From: Eledone cirrhosa
Lineage: Eukaryota
DNA: 64,000 nucleotides
Direction of reading: 5' to 3'
NCBI GenBank assembly: GCA_964016885.1
Contig: OZ024746.1
Location: forward strand, 31,062,001 to 31,126,000
Position 1 is the first letter of the stretch. Each line of letters starts with the position of its first letter. Made by a program: the position numbers and the translations under genes. Below, one piece after another: positions 24,960 to 39,294 of the stretch. The notes under the pieces are model-generated. The model was not told the DNA's origin. It did no database searches and saw only the letters and a program-made list of their open reading frames with translations.

Positions 24960-27525
24960 ACAAAGGCCACAAGAGTTTCCTCAAGAAGTCAAAAGTTCCA
25001 TCTTCAAATTTGAACATCTACCTTCTGTATTGAACCGTAACTTCTGTGCAAAATTGATTTCAAATTTAATTGGTTCCACTGCGTCTAAGCGGAAAGGAGA
25101 AGTGTATGAGTGTGTGGAGTATTTATTCTGGAGTTACGCTGTCCAATATACCAATCCCAGTGTTATGAGCCCCACATGTGTAGTTCTTACACAGAGACAT
25201 ATCTTTATCCAACACTTTGATGGTTATAGTCAGGATTTCCCTGGTGTTCCTCACACAACAACTTATTACATCCTCCCACTGTCTAACATTCAAAGAATTC
25301 TTATCAGCCATAATGTTGTCCAACTGGAAGAGTCTTTTGTTGGTCCCAGTGGTATTTTCCTTCTCTATCAAGTTGAATCTCCTCAAGTTAAGATCTTTAC
25401 TGACATTTTGAAGAAATGCTACCAAAACAACACTGACCAAGAAGTTCCCAAGATTATTGATACATCTGGCCAGCTTTATTTTTCAGATTTGATTGAGAAT
25501 GTTGAATTAAAAGATGGTTTCTACTCTTCTGAAATCACCTTTACTGCTGTGGTTTTATACAATGGTAAATGGCAGACATTGGCTGTGTCAGAACATTATT
25601 TATATCTGCTGCAAACTGAAGATTTTTGTTTCACAGCAGAATATTCCATGAAAGACAATCTTGATCCTGGAAACTGTAATGCTGATTCTATTGACAAGAA
25701 CAACAAAAACTCCATTCTGAAATACTACCCTATCATGACAGGAGGTAATGTCAGCTTTAAATGGTGCCAGAATGAAAATAAACCACTTTGTATTCCAGAG
25801 ATTCTGTGTAATGTCAGATATGAACTTCACCCACTTTCAATAGAATTCAACTGCCAGGAAAAAAATGAATATCTTGCTCTCCATTTTCTGAGTGCAAAAA
25901 CCCGTGATGAGTTTTTAGAAAAATTCACAAGTCTTCGCTCCCTGAATGTCGATCGACTATCATTAGCAGCACGTCAAGAACCAGAAGGAGCTAATGAAGA
26001 CAATGATGTGGAGTGTAAAAAACCTGTTGTTACTAGTGACAACTTAATTTCATCTAAAGACTGTCTTACAGTAAACCAAAGTTCCAGTTTGACCGTTTCC
26101 TCTCCAACTTCCCCGAGTTCCCTGAAAGCTTCAATCAATGTAAAAGAGGTGAGAAGACCTAGCTTTACAGTGCCATGTGAGGAACAACTGAACTATTTAA
26201 CACAATGTAACTTGACGTACAAATTAGTAAAGCCTAGACCTCCGTGTTTAGAAGTTATTGGTAACATGAAAGGCTATGAACTGATCCAGTATTTTCATAT
26301 GAATATTGCACATATAGGATTTGAGAATGAGGAGGTGATGTATGTAGTTTGGGCCGATGTTGTCCCTTATAGAAACCCAGATCAAGAGATTTTATCATTA
26401 GTTGTTCTGACATCGAGGGCTATCTATTGTATTTCCAACACTAAAGTGAAACTGCAGCCGAAGTCTAAACACGTGTGGATGACACACTATCGTCACAAAT
26501 CTGACTCGGCTATTAATAACCACATGATACAAGGTAAATCTGAAGATAGACATTGCTCTGGTATCTTACACAAAGGTTGTTGTCAACATTCTCAGCAACT
26601 ACCTAGGGCCTTTATTACCATTCCTATGTCACAATTAGTCCAGGTAAATATTGGTATGTTTAACCAATGTCTGCGGTTCACTGGACCTTCCGATGACTTA
26701 GTGTGTACAATTGTCACCCGAGATTGTGCCACAACAGAGATATTCCTTCAAGTGGCATTCTCTGCTCTCTCATCAAATATTGTTACCTCTGCTGACACAC
26801 CATCCGACTCTGAGATGGATTTTTACAGTCTTGTTACGAAATCTCGTTCTGCAACTGAAGGAAGTGAATACATCCACCCTAGCAAGGTTCGTTTCTGTTA
26901 CCCTGGTGAGGAAACTATTTCAGACATCTTGTACATTATCTCTGACATCTCCCGAGAACAAGTCCTACCTAATCTCAAGACCCCATATCTCATATGGATC
27001 TACATCCTGGCCTTTCAAATACCTATGGAATCTAGTATAACTGATGCTGTTGATAAAGCTATCCCTCGCACTGTCATATTAACAAACCAACACATCTGCC
27101 TCGTTGCTGAAGACCTCGTTAGCTACCCGCTTCCAGATTTTGCCCGTGGGTTGCCTGACAAACCACGCCATCGTATTCTAGAAGTACGTAAGATTGAATA
27201 TCTGAAGCGGATACTTGTAGATTCTGAACCTTATAAATGTTTGACTCTAGTCTTCTCTGATGAAGATGATGAAATAGAGGTAGATACATCTTTCGAGTAT
27301 TACAGCCCAAAAGAGGAGCTACAAGGTCGGGTGTCACCACCTGAAATTAGTGTACGACTTCTATTTCAGAAAGGCAAAGAAGAGGAGAAATTACTGCAGA
27401 TGCTGAAAAGACAGTGGGCTGAGATCCACTTTTCTGCTGAGCTCCCTGTTCACACAACTACTTGGCTTAAACAAGACATATACGCATCTTCTCAGGCATC
27501 AGCAGCATGCCATACACTCTCTTAG
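24960..27525 (+). CDS. NISCH: Nischarin terminal exon (C-terminal domain)
   Basis: Strong pyrimidine tract plus cag|a caa agg..., in frame with the 831-aa ORF. It ends LVAEDLVSYPLPDFAR...LTLVFSD...EKLLQMLKRQWAEIHFSAELPV, matching the nischarin C-terminus (EDLTHYPLPEFAK...LTLVFDD...[21 protein letters not shown]). Confidence 0.93.
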
Positions 27526-27587
27526 AACAGACAGTATGTCCTGAGATAACTTCTTTCATTAAATATAACATCACAATAGTCTGAATG

Positions 27588-27810
27588 AAATAGGACAACC
27601 ATACAACTTCCTGGCAGAAATAGGACAACCATACAACTTCCTGGCAGAAATAGGACAACCACACAACTTACTGGCTGAAATAGGACAACCACACAACTTA
27701 CTGGCTGAAATAGGACAGCCACACAACTTACTGGCTGAAATAGGACAGCCACACAACTTCCTGGCTGAAATAGGACAACCACACAACTCCCAAGAGAAAA
27801 TAGGACGGCT
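27588..27810. repeat. 30-bp minisatellite in the proximal NISCH 3' UTR
   Basis: gaaataggacaaccacacaacttactggct, about 7 copies, starting about 60 nt after the stop codon. Confidence 0.95.
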
Positions 27811-28660
27811 AACATAGTGACTACACAATGTCCTGAGACTTAATGACTACATGTTCTGAAGTAACCTTGCCCACCCATACATAGTATCAATGTAAACCAA
27901 ACAACTACAGACAATACATTAAATTTAAACCAATTATGTGAGACGTTGAACTCTCTTCAGTCCTGACCATTGTTAGAAAAAAACTCTACCATGTTTCTTT
28001 AATTTATTATTTCTGTTTTGTGTTGTTCTGTATTTTACAGAACGTATTCTAAAATACTCTGTGACTACACACCACTACACACCTTTACTACAGTTAACTA
28101 CACACCAATACTACCACTAACTACATATTCAGTTTGATTGTTTGTATTGGAAGGGGAATAGATTTTGACCAGAGTTTCTGGGTGGTAGTACTGCTCTTGA
28201 TGGTTGGATGGTAGTACTGTTGATGGTTAAGTAGTGGTACTATATAATTCTGTTAATGGTTGGGTAGTTGTATATACTTCTGTGTGTGTGTGTATTCATA
28301 CCTGTGAATATAGTCACAAGCATATATATATATATATGTGAACACGTGTGTGTGTACATATATACACGTGTCACACACACATAGCTAGTTACAGGAGAAA
28401 CAATGCAACTGTAAAATCAAAAAATGTCTACAATATGTAAATATTGAAAGTTTGAAAACCCATATGATCCATTTATATCTGGGGAAATATATATAATATA
28501 TATATATATAATCTGTATATACACACGTACAGAAACACGTGTTAAATTAAATCTTGTAATATATATATGTAATATTATATCTTATTGATATATGAATGCT
28601 AATGTTACAAGAGTATTCAATATGTTGAGATAGCGCTAATTGAAATATGTCTATACAATT

Positions 28661-28714
<54 letters not shown>

Positions 28715-29287
28715 AATACAACAAAGTCTGTATGTACACTTACACACACACACACACACACTCTTATAAAATTCAAGACAGCACAGCAAAAATTTTAATT
28801 AAATTTTATTAAAAACTAATATTAAATGTTTGAATAATTAATTTGTTAAATGTGTGTATATTTGTGTATGAGTATGTGTGTGTATATATATATATATAAT
28901 CTTACTGGCATCAGTCAGTAAACTGTAGCCATGCTGAGGCACTGCCTCAATTTAATTGATCGTGTTGACCCAGTACATATTTTTTCTGGTCTGGTACTAA
29001 TTTAATCAATTTTGTTTTAGTTTAACTGTTAAGTTGTGGAACATCAGCACTGACACAGACATAAACGTAAAGACACACACGCACACACACACACACACAC
29101 TCATTCATGTTTATAAAATAGGCTTCTGCAGTTTCCACCTACTAAATTCCACTCTCAAGACATTGGTCAATCAGAGGCTGTAGTAGAAGATACTTACCCA
29201 AGATGTCATACAGCAGGATTGAACCCAGAACCAAGTGGTTGAGAATTAAACTCCTTAATCACACTGCCATGTCTATATGTGTATATA

Positions 29288-29341
<54 letters not shown>

Positions 29342-32117
29342 AATTTAAAAAAATATGATCAACACTAATGTGTTTTTGCAAAATGACAATAATTTTTTAG
29401 CCAGATAGAAATACCTTAATTCAAGTACATATAGTCCGCCTGTATCGATCTAGAAAATATTAAATATTAAATCTATACTTACAGACGTAAAATGGCAACT
29501 GTAAAATGTATGTGTGCTAAGCAGTCAAAATATATGATAACGTTCTCTCTCTTTGTAAATGAGTATACAAATTTATACAGTTTTAGTATATAGGCATGGA
29601 AACATACCAAATATACGTATTTCCCTGTAAATTGAAAAAATTAAATACCTTTAGCCAGTATTTACACTATTCATTTCTGTTTTGTATGCATATATATATA
29701 AAACCATCATCGTTTTTATAGCCATTTTTCCATGCTTGCATGGGCTGTAGATATAGAGATAACTTTATCATATGGTGCATATGCAGAAACACATAGAGAC
29801 ACACACACACTAAATTCTTTTGTCTGTGAACTTTGCTGTTCCTTCTCAACAGGTTTGTGAAATGAACTATCATGTTTGTTTGTGTTTGTTAATTCTTCAA
29901 AATGTTATTGTTGTTAATGTTGTTGTTGCTGTTGATATTATTAACCCTTTTGATACGCCACCATCCCATACTACCCAAATTCTATGACAAATTTCTTATT
30001 TTAAACCTTATATACTTATATATTTAAATACAAAATGTTATGTAAGAACATCTTTAAACTAGTAACTAAACTCCAGTTTAATAATCTGGTTAGTTATATT
30101 AATAATATGGTTAGTTGAATAACTTACAAAATTAATTGGAAGACATAGGTGGTGTATTTCATTAGAAATAGCATATGAAAACAGTTGATGTTGTAGTTGG
30201 TATGGTTAATGTTGTGTTGTTGAATTCAGACAATCATTGGTTGTGTTATTACAGCTAGCTGCTCTCTGTTCATCCAGTTAGAAGCCTCACACACACATAT
30301 ACATATTTGAAGTGTTGTTCCAATGCAGGTGACTATAATATTAGTTAATATAAACAGTTGTTGAAAAAGAAAATCAGTTAAAGTACCCCTGGTGGTTGGA
30401 AAAAGTGGACGGCTGGCTGCAAGGAATGAAACCTCGCATATCTCAGATGTCCAGCAAATCTGTTGACCATCACACTCCTGCCCACTTCTCTCTCAGATGT
30501 CCAGCAAGTATCTTGACCATCACTCTTCCCACTTCTTTATATCTCCAGGAATACTTTACCTGATTATTTCAACTATTATTGTCGTCATCTGTGTTGGGAT
30601 GGTTGCATTTCAAATGTTCCCAATGCTTTTTAAGTCATCTGGATGATTTTATATAATGTTTTTCAATGGGATAAATGTTTTTCAATGTATAGGAAGGGAA
30701 TACCAGAGGGTTTGATGTTGTGAAGAATTCTATGTAGTGGTTAGTGTGGGGCCTCTGGAATAAGGTGGGGGGGGGGGGGGGGGGGGCACAACATGGATGA
30801 TAAGAGGAGGAAAGATAAGGGAGTCAGAATGCCTGAGTTAAAATGGCACTATACCAGCAAGCTCTGTGGAGCAGAAACCATTGTAGTAGTGGTAGGTCAA
30901 GAGAAGTCGGCAAGTTTGTTGGCCAGAGTGTCTGAGCGATTTATAGAAAGTATCAGTTCTATACTGAGGTCAGTTCTTCCCCTATCTTTCTTTATCACTG
31001 TTTCTCTCTTTCTCTGGAAGAAACGAGCTGTATTCCAACATGGAGGAGTATGGCGCCATGAGATTTAAAATGTCCAAGATACGACCCTATCAAGAGTTAA
31101 GGGCTCTTTGCTTTACTTATATATATATATATGTATGTATATATATAATCATCATCATCACTTAGCATCCATTTTTCTGTGCTTGCATGGATTAGATGGG
31201 TCGTCCACATTGGGAGACAAGTCTGGCCATGCCATACCTCACTCCGACGAGGACTGTAAATTTGGCTGGGGATTTTACAGCTGGATGCTCTTCCTAACAC
31301 CAACCGACTGTTAATTACCTTAACATAAAACAGAAATCGGCTCCAACCAAACACTATCCACAAACTCCAGCCAATATTGTCTCTAAAGCTAAGCTCCACT
31401 TCATCCACCAGATACATTCCACACTAGATAAAAAAACAAAACCAATCATTTTTTTTCAACCTCCCACCCCACACCCACACAAACAATAGCAACAACCAAA
31501 ACCACACTATTTACTTCAGGTAGCCACACAATCTTCACCTACATTGCTGTTCCATATGACTCTATTAATGATGTTTAATAATATATAACTAATATAATAA
31601 TAATAATTGTTTCTACTTTTGGCACAGGCCAGCAATTACCAAGTGGATTACTGGTACTTTATTTTATCGACCCCCGTTAACTTCGGCGGGATTTGAACTC
31701 AGATCATACAGGGAGGTAACTCTATGCTTCAAAGCATGGCGTCCGAGCCTCTACCGATACTGCCAATCCACCATATAACTAATATAATAATAATAATATA
31801 TAATTGTGTAATATATATTAACCATAATATATAACTAGAATCTATAACTGTAATATATGTATAAAATAACATATATATATATATTATAAACTATAATCTA
31901 ATAACTATATTATATTTAATGACCATCACTTTATTTCAAGTTCTGTACGGGGAGGGATATAAGGGAGGTAACTCTGCAATAACTCTTTCTCCTTTCTGTA
32001 AAAGTAAGTCTTGGAGTTTCGTTTCGGTTGAAAGTTTAAGTGTTATTTTCAGAAAATATTGTTAGGAACAAACGATATATTTTTATGAATCGGGATATGT
32101 TTGATTTTCTTCATTAA

Positions 32118-32302
32118 TAATTGTAACTACTTTAGGCACAAGGCCAGCAATTACCCAGTGCATTACTGGTACTTTATTTTATCGACCCCGTAAGGATGAA
32201 AGGCAAAGTCAACCTCGGCGGGATTTGAACTCAGATCGTAAAGGGACGTAACTATGCTGGAAAGCATGGCGTCCGACCCTCTACCGATACTGCCAATCCA
32301 CC
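32118..32302 (-). mobile_element. tRNA-derived SINE, full-length representative copy
   Basis: The minus strand has an A box tggcagtatcgg, a B box gagttcaaatccc, the body gactttgcctttcatccttacggggtcgataaaataaagtaccag and an (att)n tail. Further copies lie near 8300, 8761, 20855, 31606, 33090, 43841-45392, 53913, 55603(+) and 55920. Confidence 0.9.
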
Positions 32303-35102
32303 TTCTTCATTAATAATCTTTGGTCTTTTTCTTTTCCCATGATGGTGGTGTTCCACTTTCATGGCTAAAACAAGCCATAGAACATAAGGTCTCTGTAAGG
32401 GTTGTTTATGTTATTTCTACTGTCCAATGAACATGGCTTGGACCAGGTTCTATTCCACTGCATAGCTTATTAGGTAAATGTCATTTACCAAAGTCTTGTG
32501 TTGACCCATGTGAGAGAAATTGGCAGACAGAAAGTGTTTAGAAGCCTGACAAATAGATTGTACCTTGTACTTCAAAGGTCCTGCCCCATCACATACTGGG
32601 ACATACTGATTCTCCCTGAGGATTACATCATGGGGGCATTATGTGTCTTTGTTTATGTTTGTGTAACTCTGGTTGAATTCTCATTAAATGTGCCAGACTT
32701 CAGTAAGAACAGAATATAAGAACTATAACTTGAGGGAAGTACCCTTTTTCTACTCAGAATCACAGGCCCATGTTAACTGCTCTTCCTGTATGTACTGGTT
32801 ACATTTTATCATGGCACTAACACTTGACAAGGTGTACTGGGTACATTTTATTGTAGTACCAACACTACCACTTAACAAGGTGTACTGGGTACATTTTATT
32901 GTGGTACCAATACTACCATTTTACACCATTTACCATTGTAAATTTATTTCATCAACATTCCATTATTCCAGTGAAAGTATCGTACCCAAAGATGGTCTCA
33001 CTATTCCTTATTTGGAAGACTTCCTAAACAACAACATATATCTGTAAATTTGAAAATATAGTTGCCATAGTGCAAATAACTATAATAATAATTGTTTCTA
33101 CTTTTGGCACAAGTCTAGCGATTACTCCAGTGCATTACTGGTGCTTTATTTTATTGATCCCGTAAGGATGAAAAGCAAAAATAATAATAGTTGAATAATT
33201 TGGGCAAAATACCTCTGAAAACAGAAAAAAATGGAGACACCTGTAGAGAATTAAATCTGTTTTCTGACTCCAGGAGTACTTTACCAAACATAGTGAACTA
33301 TTATTTATAATTATCTGTTCTGTGGTGATTATATCTTCAAATACCCCCAATGCCTCACAAGTCTGACAAATATTTAGATATCTGTAAATATTTCATAAAT
33401 TGTTGATATTTTTATTCTAAATGCAACAGAAATGGCAGTTGTTTGGCTAAGTGCCATGTGGAATATGTTTAAATGGTATTGTTATATAACTAGCACAGTA
33501 TAGTTGTAATATAGCTGGTTTGTAGTAGAGCCTGTAGCAGTGGAGACTTCCAGTGTTCTTGGTTGCCAGGCCACACCCCTACTCACTGCTATCGAAGTAG
33601 AGTTGGCCACCTACAGGTGTGAGACCCATGAGGTGGAGTGGCTGTTCCAGTACATCTCCCTCACCATCCTCTGGGGTAATTTATTCTCCATCCTGTCGGC
33701 CAGCACCCAGAGGCAGAGAGTAAGTTAGGTGGAGGATACTCATTCAGACATCACTTTCTCTCTATTTTTTAAAAATTATAGTTATGATTTGTTATGTACA
33801 TAAGTTGTTTACTGGCACAGTATAGTTGGCACAATATCGAATTAACCATCTTGGTATTAACCCGACTCTGTTTCTATGAAACTAAACCAACTATTTTAAG
33901 GGTTTCTATTTAAATTAAAATCTTCCAGCTTAATTTGATATAAGATCTATACATTAATGAAATAATAATTTTAGTAAATCACTCCCATCATCTAACATCC
34001 ATTTTCCCTGCTAGCAAAGGCTGAGTCAGTACTAAAGTGGGGCTACTAACTTCTCAGATTGGCTGGAGGTCTACATCTCATTTACATACTGTCCCACATT
34101 CTACTGAGTGAATTTTATAACTCTAGCATTAAGGTGGTTGTCATGCCTTTCACACAACTGAAGGGTCCTCCTAATCCTTTGTTTAGCAAGCTTTCTATCA
34201 CCAACAACTTTACATGCACTGGGTTCATTTATCATATAGATCATCAATGCTAGAGAGGTTGCCATGCCATTGAGACAACTGAAGGGTCCTTTTGACCTTT
34301 TTGGCATGGTTTCTACAGCAGGGTGCCCTTCCTATTGTCAGCCATCTTACATAGTGTACTGGGTGCATTTTCATGGTACCTGCACTAGAAAGGTTGTAAG
34401 TTATTGTCCCAACTGAGAGAACCATCTGCTCTGTGGGGTGGGGGAGATAAGTATGATGTTATGGATGTATGGCAAATGTGATGAGATTAGACTGTGTGTG
34501 TATGTAAACAGTATATTTTCTGGTGGTGTTGCAAGTAAATTTGTTATTGTTCTAAGCAATGTTGTTAATCCAGACAAGAAAGACATTTAGGCTGTGCGTG
34601 TGTGTGTGTGTATAATAACCCCTTTCTGTAGGTATACCAACATATTTCTAACATTCAGGCTCTCTATGTATGTATGTACGTGTTTGTGTAATAACCCCTT
34701 TCTATAGATATACCCACCAAACCAACACTTATAAAATTCAGGCAGTGTGTTATAAACCCTTTCTCTAGATATATCAACTCACTATAAATGTGACTTGACC
34801 CCTTCTTTCTGTAGATAAACCAACCAACACACTATAAATGTGACTTTACTTTTGAAATTAACACTTTGTATATTGAAATGTTTTGTTTTTTTTATTTTTT
34901 GTTATTTTTTAATAAATTTCTAAAGTTTTTATTTATATTTATAAATATTGAATATTTTCAGTTTTTTTTTCTTATTTTTTTTTTTAAATACAGTATAATA
35001 TGCAAATGAACGAGAGAACAAATAAAATTATAACAAATTATGTATATAATTATGTATATACATTTGTGCGTGTTTAATTATTCATGTCATTGTTTTTATA
35101 TA

Positions 35103-36060
35103 TCATCATGATCATTTTACGTCTGCCTTTCCCTGCTTGCAAGGGTGGGATGGGTCCCATTCAGCACAGCATCTCTCCACTTGTCACGGTCCTTCGTCAT
35201 CTCCACTGTGAGCTTCAGCGATCTGAGGTCTGCTCTCACCACCTCCACCCATGTTTTTCGTGGTCTACTTCTACCATGTCTTCCCTCAACTGGCATTTCC
35301 TAGCACTTCTTCACCCATCGGTCATCCTCCATGCGCATCACATGTCCATACTACTGCAGTCTCCTCTCTGGCACACTACAATCTATCCCTCTCAGACACC
35401 GTTTCTCTCTCAACACATCCATGCTCGGTCGTTTGCACACATTGACACTGCACATCCAACGGAGCATGCTTACCTCATTTCTCTCCAGCTGTCGCATATC
35501 CTCTGCAGTTGCTGCCCATGTCTCACTACCATGCAGCATCACGCTCCTCACACAAGCATCATATAACCACCCTTTCGTACGCAGGGAGAACCCTTCTTCG
35601 TCAGCAGCTCCCTAAACTTCTTCCAACCTGTCCTTATTCTAGATACTATGGCCTCGGAACACCCCCTCCGTCTCATGCTAATCTGATCTCCTAGGTACCG
35701 GAACCTATCAACCACTTCTATAGCACCTACCTGCATTTGAAAAATGTGTCTATCAATGTGACTTCTGTCTAATTTCCCTGTACATCTACTGCATACGTAT
35801 TTCTCCCTACCTGCTACCCAAGATCTGCATTGTGTGCTTTTTATAGAATTTATGCCAGTTCCTTTTCTGCATATTGAACATGGCTATTTCCCTGACGGAA
35901 TCAGAGTATTGTTCTCTTTTACTTTTGTCTTAGCTAGGTTCACTCTGTCCTCTTGATTCCAACTGCTGTTTCCATAGCCAGAATTTATTCTCTAGCTCCT
36001 CCACTGATTCTGCTATAAGAACCAGATCGTCAGCATAGAGAAGTTCCCATGGACAGCCCC
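35103..36060 (-). mobile_element. 5'-truncated, decayed RTE LINE
   Basis: GCPWELLYADDLVLIAES at the 5' end, FRYLGDQI, LHGSETWA, and a (gat)n-like tail at 35103. Confidence 0.9.
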
Positions 36061-36116
36061 AGACTTAAGCACTCCACGACGTGAGTACCTTAAGGTATCT
36101 GGCAGACTGTCAATAT

Positions 36117-36213
36117 TATAAAGAGAGACGGTTTTATGTATACATCTTCTGTTTATTATAACAGGATTATTTAATAAACAAAGGATATATACATAAAACT
36201 GTCTCTCTACTAT
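36117..36213. repeat. Imperfect palindrome (about 42-bp arms)
   Basis: agagagacggttttatgtatacatc..tgtttatta pairs with taataaaca..gatatatacataaaactgtctctct. Confidence 0.8.
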
Positions 36214-36839
36214 ATAATTTATATAATCATGTTTACCATGCTTTCATGGGTTAGACAAGTTGTCACATTTTGAAGTTAGACGACTTATCATATGTTCTGT
36301 TGTGGGCTGGATGCCCTTCCTAAAGCCAACTACTTTACAGCATGAATTAGGAGCATTTTATCGTGACTCCAACACTACCACTTTGTGGTGGACAGTGCTT
36401 TTTTTTTATTGTGGTACCAGCAGTACCTCTTTACAACATTAAAGTGCTCTGAGTGTCCTCAGTCAGGCTGTGGAGTGTGTACAGAATAGATTGGGTGGGG
36501 GTTTTTTGAGACACTAGGATTATTTACCTTAGAGGCTGAACTGGGTACATTTATATTGTGGCACCAGCATTGGGATGCATTGATGGAAGGATGGAGAAAT
36601 ACCAGTGAGAGAGGAAGCATTTTGTGAAGTGTAGCTGGCAGGGGTTGGACAAGGAAGAGAACCAGGTAAGTGGATAGGTATAGGGAGTACATCTTTCTTT
36701 CATGTTATGGAATAATCATAAGGTATAGAAGCCCCGAGAATAGAAGCAAAATGACAGACTACTTTCTGTAGTAAAAAAAAAAAAAAAAAATATGGTGAAT
36801 TTACTAATTCAATTCCCCCTCCACTTTCTAAACATGTGA

Positions 36840-36907
<68 letters not shown>

Positions 36908-36935
36908 GCCTCAAGTCTATATATATATATATAGA

Positions 36936-38128
36936 CTAGAGAGAAAGGGCCTCAAAGTCAACATGACAAAGACTAAGGTCCTTATAAGTAGACGAGAAAA
37001 CAGAACCCAGATCCCCTCAGGGAAATGGCCTTGCTCAGTATGTAGGAAAGGTGTAGGTAGGAACTCCATTCTTTGCCCCAAATGCAAACAATGGGTACAC
37101 AAGAGATGTAGCGGGATCTCAGGAAGCTTAATTAAGAATGTAGGATTCACATGCAGCAGCTGTGCTGAAACAGCAAGCAAACAGCCACAGGAAACAAGTA
37201 CCACCAATCTCTGGGAGGGCCCTGTAGAAACAGTAGACAGCTTCTGCTACCTAGGTGACCGAATTAGCAACGGAGGTGGGTGCTCAGAAAGTACAATAAC
37301 TAGGGTAAGAACGGGATGGAAGAAGTTTAGGGAACTACTACCACTGCTAGCTGCAAAAGGCTTCTCCCTCAGAATGAAAGGCAGACTGTATGATGCGTGT
37401 ATCCGAACAGCGATGCTGCATGGTAGTGAGACCTGGGCGCTGAAGGTGGAAGACTTACGTAGATTAGAGAGAAACGAAGCCTGCATGCTCCGATGGATGT
37501 GTAACAGTAATATACGTGAACGACAAAGCATAAATGAATTGAGAGAGAGGCTGAGCATAAGAGGAATCAAATGCTGCGTGCAGGAGAGGCGGTTACGCTG
37601 GTATGGACATGTGATGCGTATGAAGGATGACAGCTGCATAAAAAGGTGCAGAGCACTAGAAGTTGATGGAAACCGCGGAGTGGGGAGACCCAAGATGACT
37701 TGGGATGAGGTGATAAAAGCCGACTTTACCCAACTACACCTCTCAAAGTCAATGACACACGACCGTGACCTCTGGCGTCACGCAGTAATACAGGGTACCC
37801 GACCTCCCATGGGTACATGCTGAAGCATATAAACAATATGCCCCCCCCCCCCCCCACCGCAAGGTGGTCGTGGAGGTGCCACGGCAAAAAAGCACCCAGC
37901 CCACACTGTAAAGTGGACGTGTAGGCGCCACGAAAAAGCACCCAGCACTCACTGTAAATGAGGTTGGTGTTAGGAAGGGCATCCAGCTGTAGAAATCAAG
38001 CCAGATCAGTTCCTGTATGAGCAAGGCATGGTCAGCCGACCAGACACTGCCCACAACAGGACAACCCGTCTAACCCATGCTAGCGTGGAAGAACGGACGT
38101 AAAACGGTGATGATGATGATGATGATGA
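36936..38128 (+). mobile_element. Young 5'-truncated RTE LINE (intact 286-aa C-terminal ORF, 3' UTR, (GAT)n tail)
   Basis: GLKVNMTKTKVL, a Cys-rich WPCSVCRKGVGRNSILCPKCKQWVHKRC segment, FCYLGD, LHGSETW, RRLRWYGHV and GRPKMTW; ends gatgatgatgatgat. Confidence 0.95.
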
Positions 38129-39294
38129 TATATACACACCACTAGTTACATTGTAGTTTCTAAATTTAATGGTGAAAAATGGGTGGGTTTGTTCATGTAA
38201 TCAGCTAGCACACTTACTGCAAGACTAAGGTGTGGATTCAATTTCCATGCATGCTAATGCAGAAATTTGTTTGCTTTTGCTGTACTCACTCTTGTTTGCT
38301 GTATTTTTTTCCTACAGAAAACAGTAAGTTACTAACTCTCTTTTTCTTCGCCCACTTATTCCTGAGAGAGTCTTGGAGGCAGTCCTCAAACACTCCTTCA
38401 AGCAAATCCCGTCAGAAGCAACCATTTTCAACTGATCTGGCTGGATACCCAAGCAAGACCAGCTGAGCTCATGGATGTTATCCAACCATCTTGCTCAGGG
38501 TCTACCCCTGTATCTCCTGTCGATTGGTTTCGCACTAACTCAATTCAATTTTCATATATATTCTGAGTTTTTAACTCGACCTTTTGACTCGAGTTAATGA
38601 GCTCAAGGAATAAGTACTGGGCTCTTCATAATACAGTATATTGAGAAGAAAACACAAAAAGGGTATGTTTTCATAGACTTTGTTCTTCACTCTTGTGGTT
38701 CTCTATCCCTAGTAATTGAAAACACCCTTTTTGTGTTTTCTACCGTATTATATATATATATTACAATAATATTTAATCAAGAATAAGATTAAAATAAAAT
38801 AAAAACAAAACACACACACATTTGGGCAAACTTTAATGCCATTAAAAAAAAAAATATAACTGATAGTTTACAATGAATGTTTTTGAATCTTTATTAATAT
38901 TATTATTATTTTAAATTCGTATAGTATTAATGTTTATCATTTTTACATCAACATTTCCATATTAACATAAAGGAGATGATTTTGTTTTGCATTTTTTGTG
39001 GCTTTTTAATTCATAATAATTATAATTATCATTATTATTCAGATTTCAATATTTGCATATGGGTTGTTGGAGCAATTTTATATTACAAAGAGGTGTCTTT
39101 TATCTTGTTTCTGATTCATCAGATTTGAAGTATAGGGGGTGGTGGTGGGGAGGAGGGTTATATATTTATGCTTTTTCTTTTTTTTTTTAGCTGAGACAAA
39201 CAAAGTAGCTAATTATGTATAAGAATATATAAATATATATATATATATGTGTGTGTGTAATTATATATATATAAGTGTATATATATACTTAAAT

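Noticed and set aside
25030-27525. 831-aa ORF as a standalone intronless gene
   Set aside because: It starts at TTG, the frame is open back to a strong acceptor at 24960, and its phase matches the upstream exon; it is the last NISCH exon.
27588-27810. CRISPR-like 30-bp periodicity (also 16420-16576 and 19858-20068)
   Set aside because: Contiguous tandem units with no unique spacers and no cas genes, in eukaryotic context.
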